The notes under the pieces: generated by a model
Told to the model about the DNA's origin: nothing
The model's input: only the letters and a program-made list of their open reading frames with translations
Database searches by the model: none
Part shown: positions 1 through 8,751 of the stretch, in pieces
Layout: every line of letters begins with the position of its first letter
Numbering within the stretch: position 1 is the stretch's first letter
Virus record (IMG/VR): IMGVR_UViG_3300023076_000004
Coordinates: 1-48,518 of that record
From: a virus
Lineage: Duplodnaviria; Caudoviricetes
DNA: 48,518 bases
Direction: 5' to 3' (one strand)
Program-made: the position numbers and the translations under genes

Positions 1-1
1 T

Positions 2-277
2 ACACGCGGTGCGTCGACCAATTCTGGTGAATACGGTGCGTCGACCAATTCTGGTTACGGCGGTGCGTCGACCAATTCTGGTGAATACGGAGTTTCCGCA
101 AACTTCGCTTACGAAGGCAAAGCAAGAGGCTGCAACGGAACAGCTTTATTTTTGGTTGAGCGCGATAGCGATTGGAAGATACTCAACGTGTGGGCGGGTA
201 TTGTTGGGCAAGGCGATATTCTTGCCGACGTATTCTATAAGTTAGTTAACGGTGTGCCAGTAGCTCAACAGGATTAG
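2..277 (+). CDS. 5'-truncated phage protein with 9-aa GASTNSG(E/Y)(Y/G) repeats (DUF7666-like C-terminus)
   Basis: Frame 2 is open from base 2: TRGASTNSGEYGASTNSGYGGASTNSGEYGVSANFAYEGKARGCNGTALFLVERDSDWKILNVWAGIVGQGDILADVFYKLVNGVPVAQQD*, TAG at 275-277. The tail resembles a common phage repeat-protein family. The track ORF 9..245 is the off-frame shadow. Confidence 0.75.
   Translation, partial: TRGASTNSGEYGASTNSGYGGASTNSGEYGVSANFAYEGKARGCNGTALFLVERDSDWKILNVWAGIVGQGDILADVFYKLVNGVPVAQQD
6..88 (+). repeat. 27-bp coding tandem repeat (CGGTGCGTCGACCAATTCTGGT + 5 nt), 3 copies
   Basis: Visible directly; the 27-bp period equals 9 codons of the CDS above. Confidence 0.95.
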
Positions 278-283
278 TAAAAA

Positions 284-496
284 ATGAAAACATTCGTAAA
301 CAATTCATTCACCGGCCATGAATTAAACATAGGCACCGCAGCGGTTGTAGTAGCCCCAAGCCGTTCGCGGGCGGCTGAAATACTAAAGGCCCGTCTTGCC
401 AAAATAGGCTTGCCGCAGGACGTCAACGCGAAGGACATGCGCGAAGTTAAGACGGATAGCGAGCAGTGCGAAATACTAAACGATGGGGATTATTAA
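284..496 (+). CDS. hypothetical phage protein
   Basis: ATG after AGGA; part of a tightly packed co-directional ORF chain. Confidence 0.7.
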   Translation: MKTFVNNSFTGHELNIGTAAVVVAPSRSRAAEILKARLAKIGLPQDVNAKDMREVKTDSEQCEILNDGDY

Positions 497-695
497 AATG
501 GATTTAACTTTTTATTTTGTGGCGCTTGTTAAGGGCGGCCAAATATCTTGGTTAAAATCAGGCCCTTTTATTTCTGAGGAACGGGCAAAAACTTCACTCG
601 CGGCCATTGAATTAAATGAAAAAGTAAGCGGCTCTTGCTGGTATCAAGTAGTAAAAGCCGAAATTAATTGTGAACCTATGGAGCTAGTATTTTAA
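483..695 (+). CDS. hypothetical phage protein (start may be ATG 498)
   Basis: ORF track; its stop overlaps the next start (TAATG). Confidence 0.6.
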   Translation: MGIIKMDLTFYFVALVKGGQISWLKSGPFISEERAKTSLAAIELNEKVSGSCWYQVVKAEINCEPMELVF

Positions 696-892
696 TGCGC
701 GAACAACTTGAAGAGCAAACGCGAATTGCCGAGCATAAAATTCGCAAAGCGTTGCAGGAATTCCACGAAGCAATCGGATTAGTGCCCATTTCAATTTATT
801 TCGAAATGGTTGACGTGCGCACGATGGAAGAACACGCCAACGGTAAGCGCTCGGTTATCGTTGGTCAACTTAGTTTAAGGGCGTCGACATAA
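695..892 (+). CDS. hypothetical phage protein
   Basis: TAATG coupling at both ends. Confidence 0.7.
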   Translation: MREQLEEQTRIAEHKIRKALQEFHEAIGLVPISIYFEMVDVRTMEEHANGKRSVIVGQLSLRAST

Positions 893-1281
893 TGAGCCGA
901 GAATTTAAATTTCGTTTTTGGAATAGCAACGATAAAACCATGGAACACGAAACCAGTGTAGAAAATGGTTGGGGTATCGGCATGAATGGTTGTTTTAGGG
1001 ATTTAACCGAATTCGGCATTGTGATAATGCAATACACCGGCATTAAAGACCGCAAAGGCAATTTAATTTTCGAAGGTGACGTACTCGAAAATAAAAAGTA
1101 CGGCAATAAATGTTATGTAGCTTGGGGCGCTAAAGATTTATCTTATTGTGGTTTTGTAACAATACGCATCGGTGAAAAGCATATTTTGGGTGATCTTCTT
1201 TATTTTTCAGACAAAGAAAATTTAGAAGTAATTGGCAATATTCATCAGCATCCGGAGCTAATCCAATGCCCCAAAACATAA
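892..1281 (+). CDS. YopX family protein
   Basis: Signature motifs REFKFRFW, MQYTGIKDRKGNLIFEGDVL and LEVIGNIHQHPEL. Confidence 0.9.
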   Translation: MSREFKFRFWNSNDKTMEHETSVENGWGIGMNGCFRDLTEFGIVIMQYTGIKDRKGNLIFEGDVLENKKYGNKCYVAWGAKDLSYCGFVTIRIGEKHILGDLLYFSDKENLEVIGNIHQHPELIQCPKT

Positions 1282-1553
1282 ACGCCGCCATAGCCAAAGG
1301 AGCCCGATTAGAAATAATCGGCAACACTCCCAAACTTAAATTTAACAACAAAGAGTCATTCGCGGCTTACTTCACGCCACTGGTTCAAATAGTGGATTGC
1401 TTAAGCTATTTGCCCGAAGGCGGTTACCGGTACGCGCTCACGGTAGGCGTAACCAAAAGCTATTTCAACTTCAACAACGACACCTTCTACATTGACTCTC
1501 CGCGCTTAGCTGAAATAGCACGCGGCGAAGGGTTTCGAGTAGTTCGGATTTAG
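1266..1553 (+). CDS. hypothetical phage protein
   Basis: GGAG SD upstream; in the operon chain. Confidence 0.65.
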   Translation: MPQNINAAIAKGARLEIIGNTPKLKFNNKESFAAYFTPLVQIVDCLSYLPEGGYRYALTVGVTKSYFNFNNDTFYIDSPRLAEIARGEGFRVVRI

Positions 1554-1564
1554 GAAAATTATTT

Positions 1565-1963
1565 ATGGCATTTCACAGTCAAGAACCATGGTGCGTAAAC
1601 GCGCAAGTAGTGAAAGATAAATACGGCTCTCGCGTAACTGACACTAGTAGTTCTTCAAACGATCTAGATACCGATTCATGCAACGCGCATCGCATAGCTG
1701 CCGCTGTTAATGCCTGTATTGGAATACCCACCCAAAAGCTAGAAAAATATTGGCCAAATGGTGGGCTATTGCCCTGCGTAGAAATTCACGAAGCCGCTGA
1801 AAGGGCTCTGGAATTTAAAAAGCAGCGCGACGATCTGCTGGCGGCTTTACTTGAAGTTACTTATAAGAATAGCAACGGGGTCTATTCTAATGCCTTTATT
1901 GATGGAACGCCTTTAAATGAATACGTACAGAAAGCTATAGAAGCTTGCGAGGCCCCTGAATGA
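1565..1963 (+). CDS. hypothetical phage protein
   Basis: AGGA SD; NAHRIAAAVNAC.GIPT motif typical of small phage early proteins; ATGA overlap with the next gene. Confidence 0.75.
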   Translation: MAFHSQEPWCVNAQVVKDKYGSRVTDTSSSSNDLDTDSCNAHRIAAAVNACIGIPTQKLEKYWPNGGLLPCVEIHEAAERALEFKKQRDDLLAALLEVTYKNSNGVYSNAFIDGTPLNEYVQKAIEACEAPE

Positions 1964-2223
1964 AACGCAACCCCAACCAAATAACTGTAAAGAAAATTTA
2001 CCCTCTAATATTTTGGGAGGATTGCGCCAACTGCAAAATGCAATTTCGTCGGGAGTTCGGCTTTCAAACGTCTACCACTGTGAAAGGGCATTTGGCCAGG
2101 CCTTTTGAAATTCAACGCGAATACTGCGGCACTTGCGCACCCGATAAAATAGCAGCAGAAAATATTTTTAAAGAGCGCCTTAGAGATTGGCCTAATTTAC
2201 CTAAACCACCAAGCAAGGACTAA
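1960..2223 (+). CDS. hypothetical protein with two CxxC motifs (probable Zn finger)
   Basis: CANC and CGTC. Confidence 0.65.
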   Translation: MKRNPNQITVKKIYPLIFWEDCANCKMQFRREFGFQTSTTVKGHLARPFEIQREYCGTCAPDKIAAENIFKERLRDWPNLPKPPSKD

Positions 2224-2224
2224 A

Positions 2225-2326
2225 TGTAAAGTTTCGTTAAGATTACACCTAAACATTGTATTCCTAAGTTAGTGGGCCTAAGCTACGTACAGGGTGAAGC
2301 GAAAGGCGCGGCACGAAGCGAAAAGG
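2225..2326 (+). promoter_or_regulatory. promoter cassette copy 1: 23-bp upstream box, -35 TTGTAT (2256), -10 TAAGCT (2279), conserved 34-nt leader (2293-2326)
   Basis: TGTAAAGTTTCGTTAAGATTACA box; 17-bp spacer; leader identical to 14419-14452. Confidence 0.8.
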
Positions 2327-2337
2327 GTAGAAACGAA

Positions 2338-2523
2338 ATGCTAGGGACTCAAGAACATTACGACATTATCGCTTTCTTTGAAAAAACATATCCAGGGCGT
2401 AACGACAAAGAACCAAAAGAACTTTGGAAAAAAGGCCAGGTTTTCGAAGACGGCAACCGCAATAATGAATTTAAAATGTTCCTTTCGGGCTACATGCTTG
2501 GCCGCGTTAACTACATGAACTAG
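2338..2523 (+). CDS. hypothetical phage protein (61 aa; first gene after promoter 1)
   Basis: ATG 2338 follows the conserved leader; the track's start at 2272 lies inside the promoter. Confidence 0.75.
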   Translation: MLGTQEHYDIIAFFEKTYPGRNDKEPKELWKKGQVFEDGNRNNEFKMFLSGYMLGRVNYMN

Positions 2524-2548
2524 CCGCCTAGCAAGCGGCTTTAATTTT
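2521..2548 (+). terminator. AGCCGC-loop-GCGGCT hairpin (terminator or processing site), repeated at 14675 and 14855
   Basis: TAGCCGCCTAGCAAGCGGCTTTAATTTT. Confidence 0.55.
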
Positions 2549-2578
2549 ACCGTCCACTAACCAAAGAGATTCGCCAAA

Positions 2579-3025
2579 ATGAAAACCAAAATGTTAATGC
2601 TAATTTTAACCTGCGCTTTGCTTGATGTGATTAGCTTCAGCGCGCAAGCCGACGCCATTTACCTAGGCGCTTGGAGCAAGCACATTAACCCTGACAAAAC
2701 AGTGGTTAATGAAAAGCACGATTTGGTAGGCGTTGAATACAAGGGCTACATGGTAACGAGTTTTGAAAATAGCTTCGGGCACCACACGGTAGCAATAGGC
2801 AAACGCTTCGAGTTATTCGAAACAGAAAATTTTAAAGGCGCGGTTTACGTAGGCGCAAGTTACGGTTATCGCGGTTCATGTAATCAAGGGAGCGGCAAGT
2901 GGTGGAACGACCGCGTAGTGTGCCCGCTGGTAGTTCCTGAAATAGTTTACACAAAATACAAAACGCAAATAGCGGTTAGCTTAATGGGTAATGCTGTAGC
3001 TATCGGCCCAAAGTGGGAGTTTTAA
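2579..3025 (+). CDS. exported outer-membrane beta-barrel protein, PagP-like
   Basis: Signal peptide ending AQA; C-terminal aromatic beta-signal (KWEF); H...NE...G...F(E)NS and PxxxP spacing like PagP. Confidence 0.6.
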   Translation: MKTKMLMLILTCALLDVISFSAQADAIYLGAWSKHINPDKTVVNEKHDLVGVEYKGYMVTSFENSFGHHTVAIGKRFELFETENFKGAVYVGASYGYRGSCNQGSGKWWNDRVVCPLVVPEIVYTKYKTQIAVSLMGNAVAIGPKWEF

Positions 3026-3029
3026 GAAA

Positions 3030-3311
3030 ATGCCAAAAACTTATTTAATGGTAGGCGGCGAACACGCAGGGCAAAGACTAGAGCTTGAATACGAAGTTGA
3101 TAGTATTGATTTGCCTAAGCGCAGGGAGTTAAGTGCTCGGTTCGATATTATCGAAGAACCACGCGCTATTCCACGCTCGGAAGCCTTTGAAACTTACCGC
3201 CGCGAAGTGATCGGCTGCCGTAGGGATCACTTTGTAGTTTACTGCCTAGAAGGTGCTAACCTAATAGGCGAGCTCCTGCAAGGCTATCACCCAATTATTA
3301 AACGAGCTTAA
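3030..3311 (+). CDS. hypothetical phage protein
   Basis: N-terminal L.VGG.HAG motif common in small phage proteins; GGAG SD. Confidence 0.7.
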   Translation: MPKTYLMVGGEHAGQRLELEYEVDSIDLPKRRELSARFDIIEEPRAIPRSEAFETYRREVIGCRRDHFVVYCLEGANLIGELLQGYHPIIKRA

Positions 3312-3315
3312 TAAA

Positions 3316-3432
3316 ATGCCGAACTTATTTGAAGTAACTATGCAGGTTGTTTGTTACTACTTCGTTGTTGTTTACGTACTCGCGCCGTTAGTAAAAACAG
3401 TCATCGCGTATTTACCCAAAGGAGATAAGTAA
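3316..3432 (+). CDS. small membrane protein (38 aa, not in ORF track)
   Basis: MPNLFEVTMQVVCYYFVVVYVLAPLVKTVIAYLPKGDK*; fills the gap exactly. Confidence 0.55.
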   Translation: MPNLFEVTMQVVCYYFVVVYVLAPLVKTVIAYLPKGDK

Positions 3433-3433
3433 A

Positions 3434-3715
3434 ATGCCAAATTTATTAGTGGAGTTAATAATTGCTCTAACCGCTTTTTATTTAACTGATTTAGCGGCTA
3501 TAAAAATCAGAAATTATTTAGCCGCTCACGCTAAAAGCCAATACTTTCGCGGGACGCAATTTGCTAAAGAAGAAATCGCTTTTTACAAAGGTGACTCGCA
3601 AAAGCTTTGGCACATGTGCGACCCGTCGTTTGATAATAACCCGTTTGATAAAGGCATGGCCGATGAACTCACGCGGCAAGGCATTCGCCACCCGCTTGAT
3701 CCTTTGGGAGAATGA
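3434..3715 (+). CDS. hypothetical protein with N-terminal TM helix
   Basis: GGAG SD; hydrophobic N-terminus. Confidence 0.7.
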   Translation: MPNLLVELIIALTAFYLTDLAAIKIRNYLAAHAKSQYFRGTQFAKEEIAFYKGDSQKLWHMCDPSFDNNPFDKGMADELTRQGIRHPLDPLGE

Positions 3716-3716
3716 A

Positions 3717-4085
3717 GTGGAAATTAAAGGTAGGGCCCTGGAGTTTGTGGCTAACGCTGTTGCATTAACTATGGTTGATCTTAAGGAGCAATTGCAAACG
3801 CTAGCCATGTCCGCCGACGATAAAGAATGTTTAGAAAACGATTTAAAATTCTTCGAGCGAATCGCTAAGCAGGTTGAAAAAGCAATCGATGCGGAAGAAA
3901 AAGTAATAGCCGATTTTATCGCCGAAGAAAGCCCGCACCACCCCCAAGGCTATCTTACGCGTGAAAAGGCTATTCAGTTTATGAAGCAAAGGGAATTTAA
4001 CGGGTCTATGGCGCCCGGCATTAACCGCCCGCGCTACAGCGAAAAACAAATGCGTGACGCCTTAAGGTACGAGAGGTATAAATAA
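3717..4085 (+). CDS. hypothetical phage protein (probable GTG start 3717)
   Basis: GGAG SD at ~3707; 3' part of track ORF 3561..4085. Confidence 0.65.
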   Translation: MEIKGRALEFVANAVALTMVDLKEQLQTLAMSADDKECLENDLKFFERIAKQVEKAIDAEEKVIADFIAEESPHHPQGYLTREKAIQFMKQREFNGSMAPGINRPRYSEKQMRDALRYERYK

Positions 4086-4402
4086 TGCAAACAACAATTA
4101 AACTTACCGAAAAAGTAGCGCGCGAAATCCGGGTTGAATTACCGTATTTCTACAAGCAAGACCTCTCTGGTGACCGCTACAATTCAACGCTTTACGGTTG
4201 CATTTGCGAAGATATAACCTACGAAATTACGGTAACTATTGAAGGGCGAGCCCACAAGTGCGAGCTGGAATTCCATAAAACTAATTTGGCAGATAGTGCT
4301 TGCTATTTTTCGGAGCAATTTAAGTCTCACCAAAGAGAGTTTACCGAAGCGCGTAATTCAGCTTGGCGTATTTGTAGACCATTTAACGAAATAGGTAAAT
4401 AA
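4085..4402 (+). CDS. hypothetical phage protein
   Basis: GAGG SD; TAATG overlap. Confidence 0.7.
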   Translation: MQTTIKLTEKVAREIRVELPYFYKQDLSGDRYNSTLYGCICEDITYEITVTIEGRAHKCELEFHKTNLADSACYFSEQFKSHQREFTEARNSAWRICRPFNEIGK

Positions 4403-4403
4403 A

Positions 4404-4616
4404 ATGCAAATTGAAGACACCGAAGTAAAAATAAGTCTAACAGTTCGCGAAGCGCAATCACTCGCCACCGTTTTGGCTAGCATTAACAAATCCATACGCG
4501 AGCATAGACAAATAAGGCTTGTTGATTTGCCGCGCGGCATGCTGGACGATTGCGACCACATTGAACGCGACTTGCGTAATTTAGTGCACTTCGACATTGA
4601 TAGGAATGGCCGTTAA
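4404..4616 (+). CDS. hypothetical phage protein
   Basis: In the operon chain; AGGT SD. Confidence 0.65.
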   Translation: MQIEDTEVKISLTVREAQSLATVLASINKSIREHRQIRLVDLPRGMLDDCDHIERDLRNLVHFDIDRNGR

Positions 4617-4772
4617 ATGGTTACTTTAGCAGCATGGCAATTCGCGATAATTATTTTGGTAATCGTATTACTCTCTATTTACTTAACCGTAGTTTTTGTC
4701 CTCCACATTATTTGCGAAGCGCTTGCGCCAAAACAATGGGCGGACAACTACAAAAATTTTAAAGGTAAATAA
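4617..4772 (+). CDS. small membrane protein (51 aa, not in ORF track)
   Basis: MVTLAAWQFAIIILVIVLLSIYLTVVFVLHII...KGK*; abuts both neighbours. Confidence 0.6.
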   Translation: MVTLAAWQFAIIILVIVLLSIYLTVVFVLHIICEALAPKQWADNYKNFKGK

Positions 4773-4773
4773 A

Positions 4774-5022
4774 ATGCGCTTAAATGTAGACAATATGCCA
4801 AAGCATTTATTTGGTAACGTAAGCGTTTATCTTAACGGGCACCCCGTTACATTTGGTTGCCTCATAGCCGATGATCATTTTGGAGTAGTAAAACGCTTTC
4901 AGATAAAAGACGGCCATTTCGTAGTTAACAAGGCGCGTACACAAGTTTTATGTGAGTACGCATTTGGTGAAGTAATTATTTGCGATCATTGGCAAATGGA
5001 AAGTAGGAAAATTTTAAAATGA
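4774..5022 (+). CDS. hypothetical phage protein (ATG 4774)
   Basis: AAGGT SD; 3' part of track ORF 4696..5022. Confidence 0.65.
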   Translation: MRLNVDNMPKHLFGNVSVYLNGHPVTFGCLIADDHFGVVKRFQIKDGHFVVNKARTQVLCEYAFGEVIICDHWQMESRKILK

Positions 5023-5402
5023 TATTCACAGGCCTTAATTTAGAACGCATCCGCGAAGGCATAACGCTAGCCATCGCAGAACTACGCAACCAGATAGGTA
5101 CTTGCCCTGACATACACGCTTACGGTCGCGAGCTGGAAGAACTTGATGATGAAGTCGAGTACTACGAGCAATTGCTTGCGCGAATAGATCGCGGCCTTGA
5201 GAAAGAAAAACGAGCGGTAGGAATTACTTGGGTAACCCTATGCCCTAATCAATACATCGGCAAGGTATGCGATAAGCACCCCGAATTAAACGGCTTGCGC
5301 GCACGCCCTAGCTACCGCTGCGTAGAATGTTACAAAGCCTACCAGCGTGAAGCGGCTCGCAAACGCTACCAGGCTAATAAAATTGCGCGGGGTGAAGAAT
5401 GA
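5019..5402 (+). CDS. hypothetical protein, coiled coil plus C/H-rich (C.KH...CVEC) domain
   Basis: ATGA overlaps at both ends. Confidence 0.7.
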   Translation: MIFTGLNLERIREGITLAIAELRNQIGTCPDIHAYGRELEELDDEVEYYEQLLARIDRGLEKEKRAVGITWVTLCPNQYIGKVCDKHPELNGLRARPSYRCVECYKAYQREAARKRYQANKIARGEE

Positions 5403-5716
5403 AACTAGACCGCCACACAACATTTAAGCAGCTTGCCATTATTAAATTCAAGGATCGCAAGAATACGCAATGCAGTATTCAGCAATCGTCGTATGAATCC
5501 AAACCCGCAATATGGCTAGGCGTTGACTTCGCAAACCCGCAGATTATGGCCAGTGACGCGAAGCGGTTAGGAATTGAAACCGATAAAAAGACGGGCTGGA
5601 TTAACTACCCGCTACCGCCGCAAGTTGGCTTAACCACACGTATGCATTTAACGCAAGAGCAAGTGAAAGCGCTCTTGCCTACTTTAATTAAGTTTGTTGA
5701 AAAGGGTGAAATTTAA
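5399..5716 (+). CDS. conserved hypothetical phage protein
   Basis: F.D...CSIQQSS...AIWLG...RMHLTQEQVKALLP.L..F motif recognised from many phages. Confidence 0.8.
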   Translation: MKLDRHTTFKQLAIIKFKDRKNTQCSIQQSSYESKPAIWLGVDFANPQIMASDAKRLGIETDKKTGWINYPLPPQVGLTTRMHLTQEQVKALLPTLIKFVEKGEI

Positions 5717-6019
5717 GTGCAAATTAAAAATGGAAACGCCGTAAACTTTAATTTTGAACCGCGCACATATTACGTGGTTGAAGTATCGCTTAAAGATTGC
5801 AACCCTTTGCACCGAGCAATATTTTACTCCGGCTTTCTTGACGACAAAACAAAGCGCCCAATGGGCTACGCTTGCGTGTGGAATGCTCTTTATGATGGCG
5901 ACCATACCCAAAGCGTTCACTTTATGGACGTCGTTTCTAAAATAGAAGTAGGCCAATGCGGACGTGTTTTAAAACCTAACCAACAGGAAATACCTATACA
6001 TGAAATTCAAAAACTGTAA
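5717..6019 (+). CDS. hypothetical phage protein
   Basis: GTG start abutting the previous stop. Confidence 0.6.
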   Translation: MQIKNGNAVNFNFEPRTYYVVEVSLKDCNPLHRAIFYSGFLDDKTKRPMGYACVWNALYDGDHTQSVHFMDVVSKIEVGQCGRVLKPNQQEIPIHEIQKL

Positions 6020-6326
6020 ATACGACCATTTGCAATTAGCTGAACGCTTTTTGCTAGCCGCTGAAAAGTTAATGCCGCAAGCGAAAGAAGAAATCGACAT
6101 GGCTGCAGGCTATCTACCCGTGAACCGCGACCAGTGTTACGCGGAACACTTTGGGTTTGATAGCGGCGAAAGCTTTCTGAAGTGGGTAATACATGAAGAC
6201 GGCATATGGCGCCACTATGTTTACGTGGCTGATATTAGGCGCCATGAAATTAATCCCCATAGCGTCGGCGCTATTATCGAACGTTATTTAATTGTTGCTA
6301 AAAACTTAATGGAAATTAAATCATGA
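6000..6326 (+). CDS. hypothetical protein, paralog A of a tandem pair
   Basis: Shares MKF.NCKYDHL and YL.VAKNLMEIK termini with 6323..6754. Confidence 0.7.
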   Translation: MKFKNCKYDHLQLAERFLLAAEKLMPQAKEEIDMAAGYLPVNRDQCYAEHFGFDSGESFLKWVIHEDGIWRHYVYVADIRRHEINPHSVGAIIERYLIVAKNLMEIKS

Positions 6327-6754
6327 AATTTGAAAATTGTAAGTACGATCATTTAGACCTCGCCGAAAAGTTTTTAGAAACGGCAGAGAAGTTTTTACCC
6401 TACGCCGCGAATGAAAAATACCAATTGGATATGGGTATCTGCAACGTATATAAAAATGAATGTAGCACCGTTGCTTGCCACGGCGGCTACGCAGCTATTA
6501 TTTTATGCGCGCCTAACGAATTTACAAGCTATCACGCGGGGGCCCACGCACTCGCTAAGTTTTTTGGTTTCGAAAACCGTGCCGAATTGAAAGCGTGGGC
6601 GCACTTCAATCCCCATATATGGGGGAATCGTAATGGCGACGATATGTTTTGCAGCGGCGAAGCTTTTGGTGTAGCCATAACTACGGCAACCTTAAAAGAT
6701 ATAGTTTCTCACTACTTGCTAGTCGCTAAAAACTTAATGGAAATAAAAGAATGA
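6323..6754 (+). CDS. hypothetical protein, paralog B (C.TVACHGG motif)
   Basis: See paralog A; ATGA overlaps. Confidence 0.75.
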   Translation: MKFENCKYDHLDLAEKFLETAEKFLPYAANEKYQLDMGICNVYKNECSTVACHGGYAAIILCAPNEFTSYHAGAHALAKFFGFENRAELKAWAHFNPHIWGNRNGDDMFCSGEAFGVAITTATLKDIVSHYLLVAKNLMEIKE

Positions 6755-7287
6755 CTCACATAATGGTTGACCTCGAAACGTTAAGCACCGCGCCGAATGC
6801 TGCAATTATTTCGATAGGTGCTTGCAAGTTTAATTTCAAAACAGGCCGCATAAGTGACACTTTCTATCGTGTCATCGAAACCAATTCAGCTTTAAATTAC
6901 GGCCTACATATTGACGAAGATACCGTTAAGTGGTGGGCTCGCCAAAGTGAAGAGGCACGCAAAATATTCGACACGCGCGGCCAAACGCTAGACATGGTGC
7001 TTAAAGACTTCAAGCGCTTCGTAGGAAATTCAAACGTAGCTAACATTTGGGGCAATGGTGCCGCCTTCGATAACGTGATTCTAACGCAAGCCTATAAAGC
7101 CGTAGGCATAGAGCGCCCATGGAAGTATTGGGGCGACCGCTGCTACCGAACCATTAAGGCTATGCACCCCCAAGTGAAAGCTGAACGTATTGGCGTTGCG
7201 CACAACGCGCTCGACGATGCTCGCACCCAGGCTAAGCACTTGCTTGAGATTTACAAAAAGTTCGGGAAAGATTGGAATATAGATTAG
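6751..7287 (+). CDS. DEDDh 3'-5' exonuclease/exoribonuclease (DUF5051/Rv2179c-like)
   Basis: HIMVDLETL, WGNGAAFDNVIL, DRCYRT and HNALDDARTQA motifs. Confidence 0.9.
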   Translation: MTHIMVDLETLSTAPNAAIISIGACKFNFKTGRISDTFYRVIETNSALNYGLHIDEDTVKWWARQSEEARKIFDTRGQTLDMVLKDFKRFVGNSNVANIWGNGAAFDNVILTQAYKAVGIERPWKYWGDRCYRTIKAMHPQVKAERIGVAHNALDDARTQAKHLLEIYKKFGKDWNID

Positions 7288-7347
7288 TGTAAAGAAAAGT
7301 AAAAATTACAGCTATTAGTTGTAAGCGTATTTGCGATAGCCTAGTAT
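7288..7347 (+). promoter_or_regulatory. promoter cassette copy 2: box 7288-7310, -35 TTGTAA (7319), -10 TAGTAT (7342)
   Basis: TGTAAAGAAAAGTAAAAATTACA; same 8-bp gap to -35 and 17-bp spacer as copy 1; leader degenerate. Confidence 0.75.
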
Positions 7348-7391
7348 CACAGGTAAGCAAATACGCTTTTATAATTTCAGGAGTAAACAAA

Positions 7392-7694
7392 GTGTTCGTG
7401 CTAATAATCCAAAGCAAACAGGTAAAGGCTTTTGACGGTAGCATTTTGACCGAAGCAGGACAAAAGATTTTAGTATGCAATGAGCCCGGCGGTTGGGTTC
7501 CTGCTACCGGTTCCCGTTACACGGGCAAAATAGAGGGAGACGCTAAAATATTTTCCTCAAAAGAAGCCGCTACGGAGTTCGCCAAAACATGGGGCGGCCA
7601 TCCTTGGTACGTAGTACCCGGTAAAAGTTTCGAAGTCGTAGAAGTAAAACAAAAGTTTAAGCAAGTACCAGACGGCTACGAGCCAATTAAATAA
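7392..7694 (+). CDS. hypothetical phage protein
   Basis: AGGAG SD; first gene after promoter 2. Confidence 0.7.
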   Translation: MFVLIIQSKQVKAFDGSILTEAGQKILVCNEPGGWVPATGSRYTGKIEGDAKIFSSKEAATEFAKTWGGHPWYVVPGKSFEVVEVKQKFKQVPDGYEPIK

Positions 7695-7711
7695 TTTTAG
7701 GAGTAAACAAA

Positions 7712-8599
7712 ATGTCCAGACGCCAACATATGTTTATTAGTTTCGGGCAACCCGCAATACGCCGTTGCAATTGGTGCCTTGAGATTGAAGGCGAGCACGG
7801 CGAAGGTTGCCACACCCGCGAAAGTCTTTTAGAAGACGTTCAGGCATTAAGCAGCGAAAACAAAAAGCTAAACGATTTTAGCCAAGGGCTCGTCGCGATT
7901 AATTTAAGCTTAACCGACCAGGTTAGCCAGTTGCGCGATGAAATAAACCAAATTGCCGAAGCGGTTACGGCTTTAACGGGTTACAAACCTGATGGCGACC
8001 TTAGCTTGGTCGAGGATATTATTGATTCCGTTGATAGGTTCCAGCAATATATTGACCGAAGTAAACGTGAAATTATTGAACTTAAAGATGAAGTCTTTAG
8101 CCAAGCGGGGCAGGCTTTAAATGCTATAGCAAAAGCGGAAAAGCTCGAAGCTGAAAACAAAGACCTTCGAGAAACATTCGTAAAGGCGGTACAAACATCT
8201 TACGATCCTATCTATGTAGATGAAGTTGTTAGGCAGCGCGATAACCTTAAAAAAGAAAACCATTTACTAAGCGAGCACGCAACAAAGCAGACCGCTAAAA
8301 GCACCAGGCTTGAAGCTGAAAACGTGCGACTAAAAGAAAATGCTCAAATAGCAGGGCAATACTTTAGCGCTTGGAAAAGTATTATAAACGTTATGGACCT
8401 GCTAGCTCCTGATTGGCGGCAACAAAAACCGCTTAACCAAAGCGATAAGGTATCATCGGCTATTAAAGATTTAGCCGAAGACGCCAAAAAGTTTCGCTCT
8501 TTACAACACGTAGCTACTGTTAGCGATTTCTTCACTACGTGGCACATACAGAGTTTGCCGTTAGGCTTACTTTACGCACTGCCGGACCAATCCAAATGA
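7712..8599 (+). CDS. coiled-coil protein with N-terminal C/H motif
   Basis: AGGAG SD; heptad-rich 295 aa; CNWC...H...CH. Confidence 0.75.
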   Translation: MSRRQHMFISFGQPAIRRCNWCLEIEGEHGEGCHTRESLLEDVQALSSENKKLNDFSQGLVAINLSLTDQVSQLRDEINQIAEAVTALTGYKPDGDLSLVEDIIDSVDRFQQYIDRSKREIIELKDEVFSQAGQALNAIAKAEKLEAENKDLRETFVKAVQTSYDPIYVDEVVRQRDNLKKENHLLSEHATKQTAKSTRLEAENVRLKENAQIAGQYFSAWKSIINVMDLLAPDWRQQKPLNQSDKVSSAIKDLAEDAKKFRSLQHVATVSDFFTTWHIQSLPLGLLYALPDQSK

Positions 8600-8739
8600 G
8601 CATCTTCAAGCTATTCGAACAATTCTACTCACGTAAGCCCGCCGTGTTCAAAAGCCAGTCTAACAAACTGGCCACGATTCGCCGCTGGATTGCAATCTAC
8701 TTCAAGGCGAAACAGCTACGGGCTTTTTCGTTTAATTAG
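8596..8739 (+). CDS. small basic hypothetical protein (ATG 8596)
   Basis: ATGA overlap with the upstream stop. Confidence 0.5.
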   Translation: MSIFKLFEQFYSRKPAVFKSQSNKLATIRRWIAIYFKAKQLRAFSFN

Positions 8740-8751
8740 GAATTAATAAAA

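Noticed and set aside
6-88. 27-bp repeats as a CRISPR array or iterons
   Set aside because: The units are contiguous with only 5 variable nt and translate as in-frame 9-aa repeats of a truncated CDS.
9-245. Track ORF MRRPILVNT...
   Set aside because: Off-frame shadow of the frame-2 CDS (2..277), which has a recognisable family C-terminus.
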